From assembly GCA_033345275.1 (NCBI GenBank), contig JAWPOF010000007.1:215892-279891 (forward strand): a stretch of 64,000 bases of DNA. Reading direction: 5' to 3'. Source of the DNA: Alphaproteobacteria bacterium (GTDB lineage Bacteria > Pseudomonadota > Alphaproteobacteria > Rs-D84). Below the pieces are notes generated by a model, which worked only from the letters and a program-made list of their open reading frames with translations, had not been told where the DNA came from and made no database searches. Shown piece by piece: positions 40,013 through 45,981 of the stretch; positions within the stretch are counted from its first letter, which is position 1; every line of letters starts with the position of its first letter. The position numbers were made by a program, and so were the translations under genes.

Positions 40013-40145
40013 TCTCTATGCCCTTAAATATATTCTGTGCGCGTTTAACAATTGTAGCATCAACAGGCTTTTTCAAATCATTGAAAAAACTAGCACCAGG
40101 TGCAGTAACACCCTTAACACCAAAATTATTACGCATATTTTTCAT
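39981..40145 (-). CDS. small ORF upstream of and overlapping the GNAT gene (possible antitoxin)
   Basis: ORF 39981..40181, with likely start MKNMRNNFGV. It overlaps the GNAT start as in TA operons. I cannot see sequence similarity to DUF1778. Confidence 0.25.
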   Translation of the reverse strand: MKNMRNNFGVKGVTAPGASFFNDLKKPVDATIVKRAQNIFKGIENVKVCRVDAQ

Positions 40146-40310
40146 AGGTTTACCCTTATATCTGTTTGCACTTTGGCACAAGAAACGTTATAAGTCAAGC
40201 AACGGAATAAAAATTCTCCCTCATCCTTGCTCATAATTATACCATAAATTTACGCAAAAATCAATAGCATTTTATGCTTAACGATTCATTTTAGCACATG
40301 GTTTGAACTT

Positions 40311-40333
40311 AAAAAAAACCCGAACATTCGGGG
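40311..40333 (-). terminator. terminator retained next to the displaced tRNA-Arg 3' half
   Basis: On the minus strand, CCCGAATGTTCGGG is followed by a T8 run, 10 nt beyond the tRNA-derived repeat. Confidence 0.55.
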
Positions 40334-40343
40334 CTTTTATATC

Positions 40344-40387
40344 TGGCGTGCCCAGCAGGACTCGAACCTGCAACCTATTGCTTAGAA
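40344..40387 (-). repeat. direct repeat: 3' half of tRNA-Arg(UCU), from CCA end to anticodon loop
   Basis: TGGCGTGCCCAGCAGGACTCGAACCTGCAACCTATTGCTTAGAA matches 54682-54725 at 43 of 44 positions (C/T at position 18). Homology stops inside the anticodon loop. Confidence 0.9.
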
Positions 40388-40606
40388 ATCGTCTGAACCC
40401 AGACCGATGGTTCGCCCGATTTCTGCCCACTTGCGCCATTTTACCCTTATGGCAAACGCCATACTATGTAGCAAATATGTAACATTTTTGTAAAAATGTC
40501 CATAAAAAACTATAAAACTCCCTTTGTTGTATCTTGCACGCTGTTTTTTACTGACAAATATTTTGAACCATTGTATAAATAATATCGTTATGTACATGAA
40601 AGGACT

Positions 40607-40852
40607 ATGGAAATGGACAATATTTCAAATTTATTACAAGAGGCGAAACCGCTGTACTTGCAACGCAAGCAAATACGCAATCGTGTTAAATACCATTGTA
40701 TGGTCGTTGCAGTGGTGGCAATTTTTACCCCAATTTTTATCCATACACATCAAAATAACATTGATGTCGGTGCGCTGTATGCAGAATTGTATTCCACAGA
40801 CACAAATACCGAATACTATATTGATGAATTTGATGCCATAGGAATCATTTAA
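40607..40852 (+). CDS. small membrane hypothetical protein
   Basis: The 81-aa product has one TM, 'CMVVAVVAIFTPIFI'. Confidence 0.3.
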   Translation: MEMDNISNLLQEAKPLYLQRKQIRNRVKYHCMVVAVVAIFTPIFIHTHQNNIDVGALYAELYSTDTNTEYYIDEFDAIGII

Positions 40853-40921
40853 TGCGCGATACTGTGGATACGTATAAATTTCTGGTTCGCAAAATCGCAT
40901 AAATTCGGGCAAATAACACGA

Positions 40922-40946
40922 AATAAAAAATCCCGGAACACCGGGA
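40922..40946 (-). terminator. terminator following the tRNA-like fragment
   Basis: On the minus strand, TCCCGGTGTTCCGGGA is followed by TTTTTTATTT, starting 6 nt after the CCA-like end. Confidence 0.55.
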
Positions 40947-40951
40947 AATTC

Positions 40952-40983
40952 TGGTAGCAGCGGAGGGATTCGGACCCCCGACC
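40952..40983 (-). pseudogene. tRNA 3'-end-like fragment (T arm + acceptor strand + CCA) without a 5' half
   Basis: Reverse complement: GGTCGGGGGTCCGAATCCCTCCGCTGCTACCA. The T stem-loop is plausible, but no matching 5' acceptor strand, D arm or anticodon arm lies upstream. Confidence 0.4.
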
Positions 40984-41227
40984 AAAGGATTATGATAAGC
41001 AACCTAAACACGCCATACACCGTAGATTTCTGCGGTTTTTTGACTTTTGTAATGGCAGATGTCGCTAATATGTCGCCCACCGATTACAAGATTTTGCGAG
41101 TAAATACAAAAACTTACAAAAGCCAGCACAATGGTAAAAATATCACAATAAGCAAGACAAGTTTTTTATATATTGAAATGACGTATTGAATGCTTTGAAT
41201 AGAATTAAATAAAAATAGGTAAGTATC

Positions 41228-41256
41228 TTGACTTTTTTATAAAAATCCTATACCAT
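41228..41256 (+). promoter_or_regulatory. sigma70-like promoter of the thrS-paralog cassette
   Basis: TTGACT, a 17-nt spacer, then TACCAT (alternatively TATACC). Confidence 0.4.
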
Positions 41257-41266
41257 ACCAAACGTT

Positions 41267-41323
41267 ATGAAATTGTTATTTTTTATCTTTGAAACTTATA
41301 CTACAACCCCTTTTGGGGTGTAA
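41267..41323 (+). promoter_or_regulatory. 18-codon Thr-rich mini-ORF in the thrS-paralog leader (candidate leader peptide)
   Basis: ATG AAA TTG TTA TTT TTT ATC TTT GAA ACT TAT ACT ACA ACC CCT TTT GGG GTG TAA encodes MKLLFFIFETYTTTPFGV*. The Thr codons lie in the 5' arm of an imperfect hairpin at 41294-41325 (ACTTA...ACCCC TTTT GGGGT...TAAGT). Confidence 0.4.
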
Positions 41324-41410
41324 GTTCTTGTGCGTTTGCAAAAAAACAATAAAATCAGATGATGTAAAAACAAGGCTATTTTGAGCCTACTTGTATAAAA
41401 AGGTTAAATA

Positions 41411-43174
41411 ATGTCAAACAAATATGAAATAGAAATAATCAGACATAGTCTGGCACACGTTTTGGCGGCGGCTATAAAAAAACTATACCCAGATGTAAAA
41501 TTTGGCGGTGGTCCCGCTATTGCTAATGGCTTTTATTATGATTTTGATACGGAACATAGATTTTCTGATGCAGAATTTGCCACAATTGAAAAGGAAATGA
41601 AAAACCTAATTAAAAGCCGCGGTAATTTCGTTCAAAAAAACGTGTCTCTTGATGAAGCGAAAGAGATTTTCAAAGACCAACCATATAAAACCGAATGGCT
41701 AAATGAATATAATGATTTTGGCAAACAGCTATCTATTTACTCTTTTCGTGATTTTACAGACTTGTGTATTGGTCCCCACGTTGAAAATTCAAAAGATTTA
41801 CCAACAGACTCTTTTAAAATCAAATCTATTGCCGGCGCTTATTGGAAAGGCGACAGTAAAAATAAAATGTTGCAACGTATTTATGTAGATGCTTTCGCCA
41901 CAAAAGAAGAATTGGATTCGTTTCTTTTCGCACAAGAGGAGGCCGCAAAACGAGACCATAGAAAAATTGGTCCGGCGCTAGATTTATTTTTCTTTGATGA
42001 AAGGTCTCCGGGCGTTCCGTATTTTATGCCAAACGGGTGGATTGTTTATCGCGAATTATATAATTTTTGGTCCGAATATCACGAAAAACACGGCTATTTG
42101 GAATTTCGTTCGCCACTGATGAACAAAAAAGAACTGTACGAAACAAGTGGGCATTGGGAACATTATAAGGATAGTATGTTCACTTTCAAAGAAGATGATA
42201 ACAATGTTTTTGCTCTAGCGCCAATGTCTTGTCCGAATGCTATTGTTGCATATCAACACGAATCACGCAGTTATCACGATTTACCGTGGCGTTTGGCCGA
42301 TGCAGATATGCTCTATCGTTATGAAAATTCTGGTGCTTTGAACGGGTTGTTTAGGTCTTTTGAATTTAATCAAGACGATGCGCATATTTTTATTAGTGAA
42401 GATATGATAGAAGACGAGTACAATCGTATTATTGACATAATTCAATATTATTATAAATTGTTTGATATGAAATATTTTATAAAATTATCAACAAGACCTG
42501 ACGATTTTATGGGAGATATTGAAACTTGGAACAAAGCAGAGGCCATTTTGAAAAAAGTACTTACTGCACGATTTGGAGAAAATGGTTTTGGAATCAAGGA
42601 AAAAGACGGTGCGTTCTATGGACCAAAATTAGACATTCAGATGGTTGATAGTTTGGGAAGAGAATGGCAAACAGGTACTATCCAATTAGATTTCCAATTG
42701 CCACGAAATTTCAACTGTGTGTACACGGATAAGAATGGCGAGAAACAAACACCAATTATTGTTCATCGTACCGTTTATGGTTCTTTGGGCAGATTTATGG
42801 GATTGATGCTGGAACACTTGGCAGGCAAGCTGCCCGTTTGGTTGTCTCCTGTTCACGCAGTAATTATACCGATTTCCGACCACTGCAAAGAATATGCAGA
42901 TAGCATAGCTGCCCAGTTGCAAGATGTATATGTAAGAACTGCAACAGCTGGATTGCGCATCAAAAAAGACTATTCGTCTGAAAGTATGCAAAAGAAGATA
43001 CGAAATGCGCAACTTAAACAAGTTCCATATATGATTATTGTTGGCGATAAAGAACTAGAATCGCAAACAATATCGGTCAGAACCAGAGACGGCAAACAAG
43101 AAAATAATGTACAAATAGATAGTTTTATACAAAAGTTAACAGATAAAATCAAAAATAGAGACTTAACTATATGA
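41411..43174 (+). CDS. thrS: threonyl-tRNA synthetase paralog lacking the N-terminal TGS domain
   Basis: The 587-aa product starts at the editing domain ('IIRHSLAHVLAAAIKKLYP...GFYYDFD'). The class II core is 'PMSCPNAIV', 'YRYENSGALNGLFRSFEFNQDDAHIF' and 'PIIVHRTVYGSLGRF', followed by an anticodon-binding domain. It is AT-rich and inside the island. Confidence 0.9.
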   Translation: MSNKYEIEIIRHSLAHVLAAAIKKLYPDVKFGGGPAIANGFYYDFDTEHRFSDAEFATIEKEMKNLIKSRGNFVQKNVSLDEAKEIFKDQPYKTEWLNEYNDFGKQLSIYSFRDFTDLCIGPHVENSKDLPTDSFKIKSIAGAYWKGDSKNKMLQRIYVDAFATKEELDSFLFAQEEAAKRDHRKIGPALDLFFFDERSPGVPYFMPNGWIVYRELYNFWSEYHEKHGYLEFRSPLMNKKELYETSGHWEHYKDSMFTFKEDDNNVFALAPMSCPNAIVAYQHESRSYHDLPWRLADADMLYRYENSGALNGLFRSFEFNQDDAHIFISEDMIEDEYNRIIDIIQYYYKLFDMKYFIKLSTRPDDFMGDIETWNKAEAILKKVLTARFGENGFGIKEKDGAFYGPKLDIQMVDSLGREWQTGTIQLDFQLPRNFNCVYTDKNGEKQTPIIVHRTVYGSLGRFMGLMLEHLAGKLPVWLSPVHAVIIPISDHCKEYADSIAAQLQDVYVRTATAGLRIKKDYSSESMQKKIRNAQLKQVPYMIIVGDKELESQTISVRTRDGKQENNVQIDSFIQKLTDKIKNRDLTI

Positions 43175-43183
43175 TTTTATTGA

Positions 43184-43212
43184 TTGACAATTGGAAAATA
43201 ATCCTTTATCCT
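43184..43212 (+). promoter_or_regulatory. sigma70-like promoter in front of the peptide gene
   Basis: TTGACA, a 17-nt spacer, then TATCCT, 10 nt after the thrS stop. Confidence 0.5.
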
Positions 43213-43243
43213 TGGTGTAGGCCACCAGAAAAAGGAGTCTATT

Positions 43244-43345
43244 ATGACAAAAATTAAATTGTCTGCGATAATCCGTGTATCAAAATGCAATTCTTGCACT
43301 TGCTGCTGTGGCGGCGGCGGTGTTGGAGGAGATCCAGACCAATAA
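43244..43345 (+). CDS. 33-aa Cys-rich peptide, candidate RiPP precursor (unannotated, below the ORF-track cutoff)
   Basis: My translation is MTKIKLSAIIRVSKCNSCTCCCGGGGVGGDPDQ*. The strong RBS AAAGGAG ends 6 nt before the ATG. The gene lies 83 nt upstream of the radical SAM gene and is followed by a hairpin. Confidence 0.7.
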   Translation: MTKIKLSAIIRVSKCNSCTCCCGGGGVGGDPDQ

Positions 43346-43365
43346 AAAATACAGAGATAGTATTT

Positions 43366-43397
43366 CTGGGAAATATGTATTTGTTTCCCAGTTTTTT
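43366..43397 (+). terminator. intra-operon (probably leaky) terminator after the peptide gene
   Basis: CTGGGAAA-TATGTATTTG-TTTCCCAG (8-bp perfect stem) is followed by TTTTTT. Confidence 0.65.
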
Positions 43398-43428
43398 AAT
43401 AAATAATCTAATAAAGACAGGCAAAAAA

Positions 43429-44589
43429 ATGTTAAAACTATCCTCAGACATTATACGGTTCAAAAATTTTCTTATTAACACCAGAACAGGCGACTCTTTT
43501 GAAGTAGATGAAAAAACGAGTAGACTGATTGACTTTAAGGCAATAAATAGAACGGAAGAAAATTCATCTTTATTGGATACGATGATAGATAACAACATTA
43601 TTGTTGATACTGCTTATGATAAAGAAAAAAACTTTTTTCATTTGCAATGGCATTTGTTAAACGCCTGTAATTTAAGATGCAAACATTGTTATGATTGGAA
43701 AAACAAAACACAGACTTTAAATATTAAACAGATGTTTAAGGTGTATGACGATTTTGTATTTTTTGTAAAAAACGTTGGAGCACAGGCAGAAATTTCTTTG
43801 ACGGGAGGCGAACCTACCCTGTTCAAAGATTTAATACCCCTTATAGAATACATAAAGTCTAGAGATGTTTTTGCCCAAATTTACATACTATCTAATGGTT
43901 ATAATTTATTTAGCGATGAACTCTTGGAATGTTGCATAAAACATAATGTTGGTGTTCAAATCAGTTTAGATGGCTTAGAAGAAAAGCACGACGAGATAAG
44001 AGGCACTGGCGCTTTTGCTAAATCTATTGCAACTATCAAACAGCTAATAAGCAAAGGAATTTCTACCACGGTTCATTGCGTTCTTATGAAACGGAATATT
44101 GATGGAGTAGCAGAGTTTATTAGATTTTTAGACCCGATGGGATTATCAAGAATCAATTTCTCTACATTGATACCTATTGGTCCGGGGGCAGCAGAAGCAG
44201 CAGCAACTCCTCAAGAATTAAAAAAATGTATGGAGATGATAGTTGAAATGCAATCGACCACAAAAGCACGCATAATAGGAGAACGTCCATTATGGGCTTT
44301 GGTAGGTGGTTCTGGTATTTGCCCAATAGGAGACAAAACGTTGACCGTAGATGCAGCAGGCAATATGATGCCGTGTCGCAGACTACCTATGGTTATGGGA
44401 AATGTTCTTGAAGATAATTTATTAGAAGTTTGGTTAAAAAATGACTTTTTGAATAAAATGAGAGATAAGAAAAAGAATCTGGAAAAATGCGGAACGTGCA
44501 AATTTCTGGAAAGATGCGGCGGGTGTAGAGCTATGGCAGCGGCTGTCACTGGCAATCCACTAGCAGCAGACCCCTATTGCTGGCTCTAA
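43429..44589 (+). CDS. radical SAM/SPASM-type peptide-modifying enzyme (candidate maturase)
   Basis: ORF 43285..44589, with real start most likely MLKLSSD at 43429 because the upstream part overlaps the peptide gene out of frame. It has the 'CNLRCKHC' CxxxCxxC cluster, a ~90-aa N-terminal pre-domain, and the C-terminal Cys cluster 'CPIGDKTLTVDAAGNMMPC...CGTCKFLERCGGC...C'. Confidence 0.8.
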   Translation: MLKLSSDIIRFKNFLINTRTGDSFEVDEKTSRLIDFKAINRTEENSSLLDTMIDNNIIVDTAYDKEKNFFHLQWHLLNACNLRCKHCYDWKNKTQTLNIKQMFKVYDDFVFFVKNVGAQAEISLTGGEPTLFKDLIPLIEYIKSRDVFAQIYILSNGYNLFSDELLECCIKHNVGVQISLDGLEEKHDEIRGTGAFAKSIATIKQLISKGISTTVHCVLMKRNIDGVAEFIRFLDPMGLSRINFSTLIPIGPGAAEAAATPQELKKCMEMIVEMQSTTKARIIGERPLWALVGGSGICPIGDKTLTVDAAGNMMPCRRLPMVMGNVLEDNLLEVWLKNDFLNKMRDKKKNLEKCGTCKFLERCGGCRAMAAAVTGNPLAADPYCWL

Positions 44590-44632
44590 GTTATGGATAT
44601 AATACAATAAAAAAGCAGAACCTATTGATAAA

Positions 44633-45697
44633 ATGAGAGTAGTAATGAAAAATAGTTTGAACAAAAGTCTTTTAAAACAATTATTGAATACCGTTGTTCC
44701 TTCTGGTTATGAACAAGATATTGTTCGTCTTTGGACAAGTAAGGCAAAAGAGTTTACAAAAGATGTATATGTTGACTCAATGGGTTCTGCTCACGCTGTA
44801 ATAAATTCCAAGGCTAAAAGAAAAATTATAATAGCTGGACATTGTGATGAGATAGGTCTTATTGTAAAATCAATCACAGATAAGGGTTTTTTGAAAATAG
44901 GAACTATTGGTGGTTGGGACCCGCAAGTAGTTGTAGGACAACACGTTTTAATAAAAACCGCGAAAGGAATACAAAGGGGCGTTGTTGGTAAGCAACCAAT
45001 TCATAATATAATAGATATTAAAGCAGCCTCAAAAATAAAAGATTTATTTGTTGATATTGGCGCACCGGATAAACAATCCGCTGAAGCAATAGTGCAGATT
45101 GGGGACGCTATGGTTTTAGACCACGATTATGTAGAACTTCAAAACAATAACTTTGCTTCTAGGGGGTGCGATGATAAAGTCGGTGCTTTCATAGCATTGG
45201 AGGTTTTGCGTGAATTAAGCAAAGAAAAACTAGCAGTTGCAGTTGAGTTTATTGCATCTGTACAAGAAGAAGTCGGTACAAGAGGTATTCAACCTGCGGC
45301 ATATTTAGCAGATGCAGATATTGCTATCGCGGTAGATGTTAGCCCGACTAACGACTACCCCAATGCAGGCGCAGACAATGAACTTAAATTGGGCAAAGGG
45401 GCAGTAATCGGTAGAGGTCCACACGTAAATGCAAAATTATTTGAACTTCTCAAAAGTACTGCGGAATCCAATTCAATTCCATATCAAATAGAGGCTAGTG
45501 GTCGTCCATACGGAACAGACACAGAACCTTTGCAACGGGTTCGCAAGGGAACGGCGAGCGCTTTGCTTAGTATCCCTTGTAGGTATATTCATTCTCCATC
45601 TGAAACCTGCAATTTTGATGATATTCAGGCCATAATAAAATTGTTAGTACAAACTATATCTAAGATAACTACAAAAACAGATTTTAATTTTATTTAA
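44633..45697 (+). CDS. M42-family (FrvX/YsdC-like) aminopeptidase
   Basis: 'LLNTVVPSGYEQDI', 'IIIAGHCDEIGLIV', 'SRGCDDKVG', 'VQEEVGTRG' and 'PCRYIHSPSE'. The start is 44633 or MKNSL at 44645. Confidence 0.8.
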   Translation: MRVVMKNSLNKSLLKQLLNTVVPSGYEQDIVRLWTSKAKEFTKDVYVDSMGSAHAVINSKAKRKIIIAGHCDEIGLIVKSITDKGFLKIGTIGGWDPQVVVGQHVLIKTAKGIQRGVVGKQPIHNIIDIKAASKIKDLFVDIGAPDKQSAEAIVQIGDAMVLDHDYVELQNNNFASRGCDDKVGAFIALEVLRELSKEKLAVAVEFIASVQEEVGTRGIQPAAYLADADIAIAVDVSPTNDYPNAGADNELKLGKGAVIGRGPHVNAKLFELLKSTAESNSIPYQIEASGRPYGTDTEPLQRVRKGTASALLSIPCRYIHSPSETCNFDDIQAIIKLLVQTISKITTKTDFNFI

Positions 45698-45780
45698 AAT
45701 AAGCCTATGCCGTTTTTGGTGTCGGCTTTTCTCTATTGCTTTTTTTATAGTTTTGTGATATAATACCATAAAATCAAGTG

Positions 45781-45802
45781 GACGGTTCTAACCGTCTTTT
45801 TT
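45781..45802 (+). terminator. terminator-like hairpin downstream of the cassette
   Basis: GACGGTTCTAACCGTC is followed by TTTTTT. Confidence 0.5.
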
Positions 45803-45852
45803 ATTGCCTTGGCGCTCGTGCCGGGGCTTTTTTTCTTTCCGTAGGAGTTTTT

Positions 45853-45981
45853 ATGGCTAACACCAGCGCAAAGTTATTGCGTGCTAAACAGACTAAAAAT
45901 GATGAGTTCTATACGCAATACAACGATATAAAATCAGAACTAGAGGGAGAGAAATATGAAGAACAAACAGACCAAGAATAA
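45853..45981 (+). pseudogene. N-terminal fragment of an EcoRI-like (DEFYTQ-type) adenine methyltransferase
   Basis: 'MANTSAKLLRAKQTKNDEFYTQYNDIKSELE' has RBS AGGAG. As I recall it, this is the N-terminus of phage/RM adenine MTases. The ORF ends after 42 codons, overlapping the macA-like start. Confidence 0.5.

Noticed and set aside
40952-40983. Acceptor piece of a two-piece (permuted) alphaproteobacterial tmRNA, given that smpB is in the window
   Set aside because: The acceptor 3' strand (CGCTGCT-A-CCA) cannot form the G1-C72/G2-C71/G3-U70 alanine-identity stem of tmRNA. A terminator follows within 6 nt, so no downstream coding piece with a tag reading frame can be fitted.
41190-41410. T-box riboswitch or E. 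coli-type thrS translational operator upstream of the thrS paralog
   Set aside because: The leader is only about 150 nt from the putative promoter. I see no T-box consensus (…GGTGNNACCGCG-like) or specifier-loop architecture, and no anticodon-arm mimic carrying the Thr anticodon next to the RBS.
43285-43428. N-terminal 48 codons of the radical SAM ORF as given in the track (MQFLHLLLWRRRCWRRS…)
   Set aside because: This stretch overlaps the well-initiated 33-codon peptide gene in another frame and crosses the hairpin terminator. The Arg/Trp-rich sequence is just an alternative-frame reading of the Cys/Gly codons. Met at 43429 is the plausible start.
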